A DNA stretch of 29,897 bases. It comes from a virus (taxonomy: Duplodnaviria; Caudoviricetes). This document shows positions 1 through 8,445 of this stretch, piece by piece (the stretch's first letter is position 1; each line of letters opens with the position of its first letter). The notes beneath the pieces are model-generated. The model saw only the letters and a program-made list of their open reading frames with translations. It was not told the origin of the DNA and did no database searches. The DNA is taken from positions 1 through 29,897 of IMG/VR virus record IMGVR_UViG_3300032321_000919, one strand, 5' to 3'. The translations under genes and the position numbers were made by a program.

Positions 1-66
1 GCGTCTGGCAACATTGTTAGCACAGGCAATATACTTGCGGGCACCGGAAGGATGACCGTCTCGTGA
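1..66 (+). CDS. 3' end of upstream tail-region gene (partial)
   Basis: Frame 1 open from window start (ASGNIVSTGNILAGTGRMTVS) to TGA at 64-66, overlapping the next GTG start (GTGA). Confidence 0.6.
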   Translation, partial: ASGNIVSTGNILAGTGRMTVS

Positions 67-443
67 GCTACACTGAATGCGTCATCGACACGGAAAGTAT
101 GAAATGCGTTGCGTGTGGAATACCCGTTGCAGGCATGCCAACCTATAGACAGTGCCTGGCTGAATTGACGCCGCCAGCCCCACCCACCAATGGCCCCGGC
201 ACTGAGCTAAAGAAACTGCTCGCCCGCGTCGGCATCACCAGCACGCCCGACTGCGCTTGCAACGCCAGAGCCGCCGAGATGGACCGCCAGGGCGTCGAGT
301 GGTGCGAGGCCAACCTCGACACGATCGTCGGCTGGCTCCGCGAGCAGGCCGAGGCTCGCGGCCTGCCGTTCCTTGACGTGGCCGGGCGGCTGCTGGTGCG
401 GCGAGCGATTGCGAACGCCCGGAAAGCCGCTGCCGGCAATTAG
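63..443 (+). CDS. Cys-containing phage hypothetical protein (tail region)
   Basis: 126 aa ORF with GTGA coupling; CxxC and CxC motifs; GPGTELKKLL motif. Confidence 0.8.
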   Translation: MSYTECVIDTESMKCVACGIPVAGMPTYRQCLAELTPPAPPTNGPGTELKKLLARVGITSTPDCACNARAAEMDRQGVEWCEANLDTIVGWLREQAEARGLPFLDVAGRLLVRRAIANARKAAAGN

Positions 444-510
444 GCCAGACTTCAACGATCAACGTACACCGGCACAATCGGAGGCCTAGACCCACCGCAG
501 GAGTGCAGGC

Positions 511-897
511 GTGGCCACAGCGTTCTCTCAGATCCCGGCAGACATGTCGATTGAGTTCGTGGTGGGCGACGAGCTCAACGTCGGCCTAGCGTTCACCTCG
601 AGCTCGACGCCGATCAATCTGACTGGCTACACGCTGGAGGCCAAGGTCTTTCGGCCCGTGTTTGCCAACCCGGACGGCTCGTTCAGCCAGGGCGCGTACA
701 CGGTCGGTTCGACGGCCGCCACGTTCACCGTATCGGCCGTGTCTCTGTCCGGCGGCACCGTGAACATCGGGTTGACGGAAACGCAGACTTCGGCCCTGAG
801 CCCGGCCACCGGCTACCGCTGGTTCTTTCGGTGGATCGACACATCAGGCGTGACGCTGACCGTGCTGTCTGGGGATTTCACGGCGAGGGCACCGTGA
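511..897 (+). CDS. BppU-N-like baseplate/fibre adaptor protein (paralog of 5440..5757)
   Basis: AGGAG RBS; beta-rich GD...INLTGYT...G.VNI.LT..QT pattern shared with 5440..5757. Confidence 0.65.
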   Translation: MATAFSQIPADMSIEFVVGDELNVGLAFTSSSTPINLTGYTLEAKVFRPVFANPDGSFSQGAYTVGSTAATFTVSAVSLSGGTVNIGLTETQTSALSPATGYRWFFRWIDTSGVTLTVLSGDFTARAP

Positions 898-2606
898 GCG
901 TAACAGTCACCGTCAACGGCAAGAGCGGCCCGTCTGTTGTCGCTACCAACGGCGACACGATCTCGGCGGCCGTCACCAAGAACGCTGTCGTGAGCGTCTC
1001 CGCGTCTGCGGCCGCCGCACCAGGCGGAACAGGCCCGACCGGCCCGCAGGGGCCGCCGAGCACGACCATCACGGTCGGCAGCGTGTCCACGCTCGCGGCC
1101 GGCAGCTCAGCGACGGTGGTAGGCACCTCGAGCAACAACGGGGCGAACGTCTCGCTGGCGTTTGGCATCCCGGCCGGTGCGGCCGGTGCTACGGGTGCTA
1201 CGGGCGCGACGCCCACGGTCACGGCCACAGCATCCACACTCTCGGCTGGCAGCTCTGCCACAGTCACTGCCACGCCAAGCGACGGCGGCTCCAAGGTTGC
1301 CCTGGCGTTTGGCATCCCTCGCGGTGCTGACGGTTCCGCTGGCTCCGGCGGCGGTGCTTCGTTATCAGACGCCACGCCATCGGCCCTAGGCACGGCATCG
1401 GCTGGCACGAGCACGACGGCCAGCAGGAGCGACCACGTACATCTCCTGCCTTCGCTCGCCACGCTCGGTGCGGCGGCGGCCAATCACGCTCACCCATACG
1501 TTACGGGTCTCAACAGCCTCACCGGCACGTTGACGCTGGCGGCTGGGTCTGGCGTCACGCTGACCACCAGCGGATCTACGATCACGATTGCCGCGAGTGG
1601 CGGCAGCGTTGACGACATCGACGGCGGCGACTACGTCGGAGTCGTGGCGTCGATCTCGTTCACCAAGCACCCATCCGACGTCAGCCTATCAATCAATCAG
1701 GGCTCGACCGGCTCGGCCTCGTTCACGGTAGCGGCCTCGGCCTCGACGGGCGTTGCTGTGGCCTATCAGTGGCAGCGGAATCAAGGCAGCGCATGGACGG
1801 CAATTGACGGTGCGACCGCTGCAACGCTTTCGCTCACAGGTCTCACTGGTGCCGACAACGGAACAATTTATAGGTGCGTCGTCAATGCGTTTGGGCTGCC
1901 GTCGGTAATCAGCAACACAGCAGATTTGTCTGTCACTGTGATCACCCCGTCTACTCCTGTGATTACGATCGATGGGCAGCCGCAGAACAGCACGATAAAT
2001 AACACGGCTAGCTCTACCTCATTCAGCGTCAATGCCACCGTGACTGCTGGGACTCTCGCATACCAATGGCAGAAGCGCGAGAGCGGCGCAACGAGTTGGG
2101 TGACGATGACGAGCGTGCCGAATGGCAACGGAGAGACGAGCAGCACTCTAACCCTGGGGCAACTCACGTACGCTGCGGATAACGGCGATTCTTATCGGTG
2201 CATCGTGTCTGCTGCCGGCGCTGCGTCTGTCACCTCAGCCACGGCCAGCCTTAACGTCAGTTGGGTGACCGCTCCGCAAATCACGATCATCGACGGGCCG
2301 GCGACTGTCAATTGGCCGTCGAGCAGCAATTCCTGCACGGTCACGTTTGGCAAGATTATCTACGGCGCCGAAAACTCTGGCATCTCTTTCCTGTGGCAGG
2401 CTAATAGCACCGGCACAACTTATACGGCTGTGACATCAGTTGTATCTGCCAGCAATGTGTTCGGCGGCACGACTAGCAGTTCGCTGACGCTGACAGGAGT
2501 CAGCAGAGTAGTCAGGGTGCGGTGTATCGTCACTGCCACTAACACCTACGGAACGACGACGGCCACCACTGCCGCCATCACAATCAATCCGCCCGCCCTC
2601 GTGTAG
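894..2606 (+). CDS. Tail fibre/decoration protein: short collagen-like segments, internal duplication, DIDGGDY motif, three Ig-like domains
   Basis: GTG at 894 coupled to upstream stop (GTGA); GPTGPQGP; two STLxAGSSATV...LAFGIP repeats; three Y/F-x-WQ...(Y/V)RC Ig-like units. Confidence 0.8.
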   Translation: MSVTVTVNGKSGPSVVATNGDTISAAVTKNAVVSVSASAAAAPGGTGPTGPQGPPSTTITVGSVSTLAAGSSATVVGTSSNNGANVSLAFGIPAGAAGATGATGATPTVTATASTLSAGSSATVTATPSDGGSKVALAFGIPRGADGSAGSGGGASLSDATPSALGTASAGTSTTASRSDHVHLLPSLATLGAAAANHAHPYVTGLNSLTGTLTLAAGSGVTLTTSGSTITIAASGGSVDDIDGGDYVGVVASISFTKHPSDVSLSINQGSTGSASFTVAASASTGVAVAYQWQRNQGSAWTAIDGATAATLSLTGLTGADNGTIYRCVVNAFGLPSVISNTADLSVTVITPSTPVITIDGQPQNSTINNTASSTSFSVNATVTAGTLAYQWQKRESGATSWVTMTSVPNGNGETSSTLTLGQLTYAADNGDSYRCIVSAAGAASVTSATASLNVSWVTAPQITIIDGPATVNWPSSSNSCTVTFGKIIYGAENSGISFLWQANSTGTTYTAVTSVVSASNVFGGTTSSSLTLTGVSRVVRVRCIVTATNTYGTTTATTAAITINPPALV

Positions 2607-2614
2607 GAGTAGTA

Positions 2615-4360
2615 ATGCCTTCTAAGATCAAACCAAAGCGGTCATTTACTGCAGGTGCGGTTCCGACCACCAGCGACCTAGACGCCAACGAGCTGGCGAT
2701 TAATTGGGTGGACAGCAAGGCGTTTACCAAGACCGCTAGCGGTAACATCGTCAGCGTGACGCTCGGCGGCGGCAGCGGCTCAAGCGAGGATGCAGGGCTG
2801 CGTGCGTTGTTTGTCCCGCCTGCACCGACGGGCCTGACTGTCACTGCTGGCAACGCGCAGGCGACGCTCTCGTGGACGGCACCGACAGGCGTGATAGCCC
2901 AGGCACCGATCACAGGCTACAGGGTTGAATACACGCCGAGCGGCGGATCGCCGCAGACGGTCTCTACTGGCAGCACCAGCACCAGCTACACGCTGACGGG
3001 CCTCACAAATGGCACGGCCTACACAGCGAGAGTGGCAGCGGTAAATGCGGTTGATGCGGGGGCATATACGGCGGCGAGTGCCGCTGTAACGCCGGGCGTG
3101 GCGTCTGACGTGGACTTCGCAAACGTGCAATTGCTGTTGCACATGGAAGGCACGGGCACCACGTTTGTCGATTCGTCAGTATCGGCAAAGACCATCACGG
3201 CGGCGGGTAACGCCACGCAGTCAACATCGCAGAGCAAATTCGGGAGCAAGTCTGCGGCTTTTGACGGCACTGGCGATTATCTGAGCGTGCCGTCTGTGTC
3301 TCTATCGGGAGACTTTGCGTTTGAGGGCTGGATTCGCTGGGTTGGTGGCGTCGCCAAGGATTACTCGGCCATCGCACTTGGCGGCAGCAGCTCGCAGATG
3401 TTCCTGACAACGAAACAGGATCGCACTGGTCTTCGATTTGGCCTCACTGGCGTCGCTCAATACGCCACAGGCTCGTTCACGTGGGTGGCGGATACTTGGT
3501 ATCACTTTTCTCTATCTCGCAGTGGCTCTGCGATCAACATGTACGTCAACGGGAACAATGTCACTGACGGCAGTCCTACTAACGCAACGTCATTTTCTGG
3601 CGAGTTGCGACTTGGTGGAGATGGCACGTTTACATATGACAGCAATATCTTCTTGGATGATGTGCGACTGACTGTCGGGTCAGCGCGTGGTTACACCGGC
3701 GCGACGATCACCGTCCCGACAACAGCGTTCCCAGACAGTGGCCCGATCTCGGCACCAACGTCACTCTCCGCCACCGCAGGCAACGGTCAGGCATCTCTGA
3801 CTTGGACGGCACCGGCGTACAACGGCGGCAGTTTAATCACCGACTACAGCGTGCAGTACAGCAGCAACAGCGGCAGCACATGGACGACGTTCAGCCGCAC
3901 TGCATCTACAACGGCGAGCCAAGTTGTCACCGGCCTGACCAATGGCACGGCATATGTCTTCCGAGTGGCTGGAGTCAACAGCAACGGCACCGGCACCTAC
4001 ACGGCGGCGAGTAGCAGTGTGACGCCTGCGTCGGCAAGCGTTCCCGGTGCGCCGACTAGCCTGACCAGCAGCGGGTCAGGCGGTTGTGGAAACATACGCC
4101 TCAGTTGGACGGCACCTAGCGACGGTGGGTCCGCAATCACATCCTACCGAATCCGATACAACGAAAACTCATATGCGACATTTTACAGCTTCAGCCCATC
4201 TGGCGGTACAGCGAGCCGCGAGATTGCATTGTCTAACCTGATAGCAGATGGCTATAGGACAGTGACGATCCGGCTCAGTGCGGTAAATGCCATCGGTGAA
4301 GGGTCATATGTTACCGCAACCATTAATCCAGCAGGCGATATCTACCAAAACTGCGGCTAA
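2615..4360 (+). CDS. Receptor-binding/tail fibre protein: Mtd_N-like N-terminus, FN3, LamG/ConA-like lectin domain, two further FN3
   Basis: AGGAG RBS; KR...P...L..NELAIN..D N-terminus; three LSWTAP...Y...V.AVN..G.G units; LLLHMEG...FDGTGDYL...WYHF...LDDVRLT LamG signature. Confidence 0.85.
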   Translation: MPSKIKPKRSFTAGAVPTTSDLDANELAINWVDSKAFTKTASGNIVSVTLGGGSGSSEDAGLRALFVPPAPTGLTVTAGNAQATLSWTAPTGVIAQAPITGYRVEYTPSGGSPQTVSTGSTSTSYTLTGLTNGTAYTARVAAVNAVDAGAYTAASAAVTPGVASDVDFANVQLLLHMEGTGTTFVDSSVSAKTITAAGNATQSTSQSKFGSKSAAFDGTGDYLSVPSVSLSGDFAFEGWIRWVGGVAKDYSAIALGGSSSQMFLTTKQDRTGLRFGLTGVAQYATGSFTWVADTWYHFSLSRSGSAINMYVNGNNVTDGSPTNATSFSGELRLGGDGTFTYDSNIFLDDVRLTVGSARGYTGATITVPTTAFPDSGPISAPTSLSATAGNGQASLTWTAPAYNGGSLITDYSVQYSSNSGSTWTTFSRTASTTASQVVTGLTNGTAYVFRVAGVNSNGTGTYTAASSSVTPASASVPGAPTSLTSSGSGGCGNIRLSWTAPSDGGSAITSYRIRYNENSYATFYSFSPSGGTASREIALSNLIADGYRTVTIRLSAVNAIGEGSYVTATINPAGDIYQNCG

Positions 4361-4364
4361 GTCT

Positions 4365-4529
4365 ATGCGTAACCTCATCGAATTCCTGCTGTGCGGCACC
4401 ATCGGCGCGTACTGCGTCATGCGGTGTGCAGCCCTCATGCCTCGCGTCATCGCAGAGGCTCACGCGGTGGTGCGGCAGTCGGTGGAGCGACGGCGGGAGA
4501 TCGAGGCAATTGAGGAGGGAGTGCAGTGA
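4365..4529 (+). CDS. Small protein with N-terminal hydrophobic helix
   Basis: ATG at 4365 just after upstream stop; MRNLIEFLLCGTIGAYCVM...; GTGA coupling to next gene. Confidence 0.6.
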   Translation: MRNLIEFLLCGTIGAYCVMRCAALMPRVIAEAHAVVRQSVERRREIEAIEEGVQ

Positions 4530-4798
4530 GCGACATCTCCGCGACGATCACATCGCAGCCGATAACGGCCACCGCGTCAGGCGGCGTTGTTAACGCTGCC
4601 GTGTCCAGCTCGTCGGCAATGGTGACGATCGCCGGCGGCGTAGGACCGCAGGGACCGGCTGGCACCAGCGGCGGCCCGCTCGAGCAGCTCTCCAACGTGC
4701 AGATAACGTCGGTCCAGCCCGGCGACGTGTTGCGGTTCAGCAATTCAAAGTGGCGTAACTCACCAGAGACCGACATCGTAGACGGAGGGAATTGGTAA
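4526..4798 (+). CDS. Short fibre-associated protein with GPQGP and C-terminal DGGxW motif
   Basis: GGAGG RBS; ends IVDGGNW; N-terminus resembles that of 894..2606. Confidence 0.75.
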   Translation: MSDISATITSQPITATASGGVVNAAVSSSSAMVTIAGGVGPQGPAGTSGGPLEQLSNVQITSVQPGDVLRFSNSKWRNSPETDIVDGGNW

Positions 4799-5440
4799 AT
4801 GCCTACACCAATGAGAGTGAAGCGGCGGGCGGCCGGCGGGGCGTCAGGGGCTCCGGCTTCCCTGCTGCAGTCAGAGCTTGCCTACAGCGAGGTCGATCAG
4901 ATCCTCTACATCGGGCAAGGCTCCGGCGGCTCGGCGTCCGTCGTGGCGATTGCTGGCCCCGGCAGCTACGCCACCAAGGCCTACGTGACGACAGCGGTGG
5001 CGGCCGTCGACGTCTCGTCACAGCTCTCTAGCTACGTGACGAGCTCCACGGCCACGGCCACCTACGCCCCCAAGGCTTCGCCGTCGTTCACGGGAACGCC
5101 CGTGGCACCGACGGCCACCGCGGGCACGAACAACACGCAGATCGCCACCACGGCCTACGTGACCACGGCCATCAGCAATCTGGTCGGTGGTGCTGGGGCT
5201 GCCCTCGACACGCTACAGGAGCTGGCCGCTGCCCTCGGCAACGACGCCAGCTTCTCCACCACGATCACCACGTCGATCGGAACGAAGCTGGCCAAGTCGC
5301 TGAACCTATCTGACGTCGCTGACATTGCCACGGCCAGGACCAATCTAGGACTGGGGACGATGGCCACGCAGTCGGCCTCCAACGTCAACATTACTGGCGG
5401 TTCAATCGACGGCGTTAGCTTTGACGGGGGAACCTACTGA
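4799..5440 (+). CDS. Tail fibre protein (Mtd_N-like N-terminus, PTA...TQIATTAYV / LDTLQELAAAL fibre repeat, C-terminal DGGTY)
   Basis: Typical phage tail-fibre repeat SPSFTGTPVAPTA...ALDTLQELAAALGND; ARTNLGLG motif. Confidence 0.85.
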   Translation: MPTPMRVKRRAAGGASGAPASLLQSELAYSEVDQILYIGQGSGGSASVVAIAGPGSYATKAYVTTAVAAVDVSSQLSSYVTSSTATATYAPKASPSFTGTPVAPTATAGTNNTQIATTAYVTTAISNLVGGAGAALDTLQELAAALGNDASFSTTITTSIGTKLAKSLNLSDVADIATARTNLGLGTMATQSASNVNITGGSIDGVSFDGGTY

Positions 5441-5757
5441 TGCCTGTATACGATCAACTTCCGGCCACGCTCAACCTGCGATGGCGCGTCGGCGACGACT
5501 TCTCGGCGCTCATCGACTTCGACATCGGCCTGACTAACTACACGGCAGCGGCCACCGTCTACTCGACAATTACCGGCAACGCTGTGGCCACGTTCACGGT
5601 AACGATCCCGGACGCCGCGGCCGGCAAAATCAACGTTGCCTTGACTGACACGCAGACCACGGCAATCGGTTCCGGTACGTTTGCGTGGCAGCTCGTCTGG
5701 ACCGTTGGCACTGTGACACGCGCCGCGATGGCAGGGTTTATCGACGCTATCCCGTGA
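5440..5757 (+). CDS. BppU-N-like adaptor protein (paralog of 511..897)
   Basis: TGATG coupling; QLPATLNL...VGDDF...LTNYT...GKINVALTDTQT. Confidence 0.65.
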   Translation: MPVYDQLPATLNLRWRVGDDFSALIDFDIGLTNYTAAATVYSTITGNAVATFTVTIPDAAAGKINVALTDTQTTAIGSGTFAWQLVWTVGTVTRAAMAGFIDAIP

Positions 5758-5771
5758 GGCTGGAGGCGGCG

Positions 5772-5999
5772 ATGGCCAAGAAGGCAAACAGATTCTGGGT
5801 CGGCGACCCGGACGGATTCGGGATGCCTGACGAGGACCAGGTCGAGGGGTCGCTGACCCCGGACGATGACGGGTGCGTCTATCTCAACCGTCGGCGTCCT
5901 GCCGACCAGGAGGCCAAGGATGGCAAGAGTCAGAATGCCGAAGCAACGGCGAAACGCAAGCGACCCGTGGACGGTCGAGACGCTCGAGGGCGGCGTTAA
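5772..5999 (+). CDS. Hypothetical acidic/basic protein
   Basis: GGAGG RBS before ATG 5772; overlaps next gene by 80 nt. Confidence 0.5.
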   Translation: MAKKANRFWVGDPDGFGMPDEDQVEGSLTPDDDGCVYLNRRRPADQEAKDGKSQNAEATAKRKRPVDGRDARGRR

Positions 6000-6825
6000 C
6001 AGGCTGACGTTCAAGGCCCGGCTCTGGGTGCTGCTCACAAGCGACTGGCACTGGGACAGCGTCAAGTGCGACCGCGACAAGCTGGCCTCAGACCTCGCCG
6101 CAGCGAAGAAGGTCAACGCCGCAGTATTGTCTATTGGCGACCACTTTGACGTGATGGGCGGCAAGTGGGACCCGCGTTCAAACGGTAAGAACGACATCCG
6201 GCCGGAGTTCCAGCGTGGCAACTACTTTGACGACATCGTGACGCAGTGTGCCGAGTGGCTCGAGCCTTACCGCGACCAGATGGCCCTGATCACGCCAGGC
6301 AATCACGAGACGGCCGTCCGCAAGCGAATGGAAACGTGCCTGACGACCAGGCTGGTGGAGCGGCTGCGGATGAACGGCGGCCGTGTCCGCCAGGGCGGCT
6401 ATGCCGGCTGGGTCATGTTCCGGGCAATGCACGGCGGGAACTGCGTGGCCCTGTACCGATTGTGGTACCACCACGGCTACGGCGGCGGCGGGCCTGTGAC
6501 CCGCGGCGTGATTGACTTCTCGCGGTACCTCGTCGACACCGACGCCGACTGCGTCCACGCCGGCCACATTCACCAGCGGACGCTGATCGAGGCCACCCGG
6601 CAGCGGCTTTCTCCCAGCGGAATCCCGCAGATCAAACCGATCCATTTGGTTCGCAGCTCGACATATAAACAAGAATGCCTTACTGATGGGTGGGCCGTGG
6701 AAAAGGGCATGTCGGCCCGACCGCTCGGCGGCTGGTGGATGCTGTTGAAATGGAACAGCGACAAGACCGGCCTGGTGGCCTCGTTCCACGACCAACCAGG
6801 AGAAATCTGCGATGACGACGAGTGA
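5920..6825 (+). CDS. Calcineurin-like metallophosphoesterase
   Basis: Motifs DxH (SDWH), GDxxD (GDHFD), GNHE, HHG and GHxH (GHIH); AGGAGG RBS before ATG 5920. Confidence 0.88.
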   Translation: MARVRMPKQRRNASDPWTVETLEGGVNRLTFKARLWVLLTSDWHWDSVKCDRDKLASDLAAAKKVNAAVLSIGDHFDVMGGKWDPRSNGKNDIRPEFQRGNYFDDIVTQCAEWLEPYRDQMALITPGNHETAVRKRMETCLTTRLVERLRMNGGRVRQGGYAGWVMFRAMHGGNCVALYRLWYHHGYGGGGPVTRGVIDFSRYLVDTDADCVHAGHIHQRTLIEATRQRLSPSGIPQIKPIHLVRSSTYKQECLTDGWAVEKGMSARPLGGWWMLLKWNSDKTGLVASFHDQPGEICDDDE

Positions 6826-7144
6826 CACATACGCGATTGAGCCGTCTGCACCAGAGCGACCAGCCTCGCTGCCTTTCCTCGAGCTCGTCGAGGAGCTGCG
6901 GCAGCTCCACCTGACGAAGACTGCCCAGTACGGCGACGAGGCCGACCCGTTCGCCAACGTCTCCGCGTCCGCAAAATGCGGAGTGGAGCCTTGGCGCCGG
7001 GCGCTGTGCGACCTGTCGGACTGCGTGGTCAGGCTCCAGCGTTACGCCAGCGGCCAGCCAGTGGACATCGAGAATGCCGCACTGGATGCCGCCAACTGGG
7101 CGTTGATCTGCCTGCTCAAGATGCGTGAGGCTCGGCGTGGCTGA
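6812..7144 (+). CDS. DUF1599 / nucleotide-modification-associated domain 1-like helical protein
   Basis: K...YG...DPF.N...L.D...R...E....D.ANW pattern; adjacent to the phosphoesterase. Confidence 0.55.
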   Translation: MTTSDTYAIEPSAPERPASLPFLELVEELRQLHLTKTAQYGDEADPFANVSASAKCGVEPWRRALCDLSDCVVRLQRYASGQPVDIENAALDAANWALICLLKMREARRG

Positions 7145-7149
7145 TCACG

Positions 7150-8085
7150 CTACCCGGCCTCGCCCAGCCTTGGAATGCCCCCCCCCCCCCCCCTTTGCCT
7201 ATCTTCAAACGCTGCGACGACAAGCTCGCGCGGCGTGGTGACTGTGCGGCTGAACTGGGCCGGGTCGATGTAGGACCTTTCCGCGATGCGTGAGCCCGGC
7301 ACGTGGCCTAGGTGGGCCGTTGCCGAGCCCGGCCTCTGGATCTCCACATCGGTGGCCGACGCCCGCCTAAGCCACTTCCAGGTGCCCGGCCTGATGCCTG
7401 CCCGCGTGACCAATCTTTTGAACTGGTCGTCGAAGGTCTCGTGGCTGGACAGCCAAGGCGTGACGAGCTGCCGCGGGGCCACCTCGAGCGAGACCCGCAG
7501 GGCCTCGGCAGTCGACGTGGACAGTTGGCATAGAACGGGCCGGCCGGTCTTTGACTGCACCAGGCTCACGGCCCCGTCGGGCCGGATGTCGATCACCGGC
7601 AGCCGCCACTGATCGCCCTGGCGGAGGCCCGTGTCCCAAGCCAGCCGAATGGCAAGGTCGAACCACGCCGACCGGCGGAGGCCCGTCTTATGCCACCGCT
7701 GGAGGCCCTGACAGGCCGTCAGAAGGGCGGACACCTCCTCCCACGTCCAGCACGTCGGAGCCTTGTAGGGCACGCGTACGGACCGTATGCGGCGTGTAGG
7801 GGGCTCGCAGAGGCCCTCGTCGGCTGCGGCCCGCCAAAGGGCGAGGATGCCCACTTTTTTGCTGCGGACGGTCTCGGGCACGACCCCGGAGGCGGCATAG
7901 TCCCGAAGCCACGCCGAGACGCTGGCCTCGTCGAGTTCGACGAGCAGCACAGGGTGGCCGGCCCACTGCTCGAAAAGACGAGCCGTGATCTGGTACTGGC
8001 GGACGGTCTCCGGCCGCACGTCGCGGAGGAGGCTGTAGTTTGCCGCATACGCTGACAGCGTCTGCGGGCCTGTTTTGCAATACAT
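7150..8085 (-). CDS. int: Tyrosine integrase
   Basis: TGLR (R), SKTG (K), KWLRR (HxxR variant), HLGH, C-terminal Y (RSY); SAM-like core-binding N-terminus; adjacent attP. Confidence 0.92.
   Translation of the reverse strand: MYCKTGPQTLSAYAANYSLLRDVRPETVRQYQITARLFEQWAGHPVLLVELDEASVSAWLRDYAASGVVPETVRSKKVGILALWRAAADEGLCEPPTRRIRSVRVPYKAPTCWTWEEVSALLTACQGLQRWHKTGLRRSAWFDLAIRLAWDTGLRQGDQWRLPVIDIRPDGAVSLVQSKTGRPVLCQLSTSTAEALRVSLEVAPRQLVTPWLSSHETFDDQFKRLVTRAGIRPGTWKWLRRASATDVEIQRPGSATAHLGHVPGSRIAERSYIDPAQFSRTVTTPRELVVAAFEDRQRGGGGGIPRLGEAG
7178..7193 (-). repeat. G16 homopolymer (C16 on + strand) in the integrase C-terminal coding region
   Basis: 16 consecutive C at 7178-7193, encoding RGGGGG. Confidence 0.95.
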
Positions 8086-8197
8086 CTATGGCACGTCGGT
8101 GATGTGCCAGATGGGCGGCTCCTGCGGCCCCTCTGACGCCTGCCACGTCCCCTCATGGGACGGAAAGGTGGGGCCATCCTCCTGACGGCGGGCAAAC

Positions 8198-8203
8198 TGT
8201 CAA
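8198..8203 (-). promoter_or_regulatory. Possible -35 (TTGACA) of the integrase promoter
   Basis: Perfect TTGACA on the minus strand ~110 nt upstream of the int start; no convincing -10. Confidence 0.35.
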
Positions 8204-8272
8204 ACACCCCGAAAAACCAGCACAAAACCAACCCTCCAGATGGTGGGTCGGCTTCGGTTCCGTAAACACTTT

Positions 8273-8309
8273 CTACGGTTCCAGTAGGTGGTTCCTACGG
8301 TTCCAGTAG
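8273..8309. repeat. Two 15-bp direct repeats CTACGGTTCCAGTAG flanking the attP core
   Basis: Identical copies at 8273-8287 and 8295-8309 (22-bp period). Confidence 0.9.
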
Positions 8310-8310
8310 C

Positions 8311-8360
8311 GCATCGGTCTACGGAACCGAAGGTTGCTGGTTCGAGCCCAGCGGGGTGTA
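8311..8360 (+). other. attP core: 3' portion of a tRNA-Arg(ACG) gene
   Basis: Anticodon arm TCGGT-CTACGGA-ACCGA, variable loop AGGTT, T arm GCTGG-TTCGAGC-CCAGC, acceptor 3' strand GGGGTGT-A; no intact 5' half; adjacent to integrase. Confidence 0.88.
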
Positions 8361-8409
8361 GTTCGCCTGCCCAACCCTACGGAGGGGGGCACGCAAAAGG
8401 CAAATTGTG

Positions 8410-8437
8410 TTGATCAGTGAAACGGCTTCCCTACACT
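8410..8437 (+). promoter_or_regulatory. Sigma70-like promoter, probably giving a leaderless mRNA for the HTH gene
   Basis: TTGATC-N16-TACACT; ATG 8 nt downstream; no SD. Confidence 0.5.
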
Positions 8438-8445
8438 CTGGGGCC

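Noticed and set aside
2800-4330. DGR template/variable repeats in the receptor-binding gene
   Set aside because: Similar segments are FN3 domain duplications without adenine-specific differences; no reverse transcriptase in the window
8273-8309. CRISPR-like mini array
   Set aside because: Two 15-bp repeats with a 7-bp spacer and no cas genes
8266-8360. Complete phage tRNA-Arg gene
   Set aside because: Only the anticodon, T and 3' acceptor parts are intact. ACACTTT at 8266 could pair only via three G-U pairs and no D arm forms, so an attP core is the better reading.
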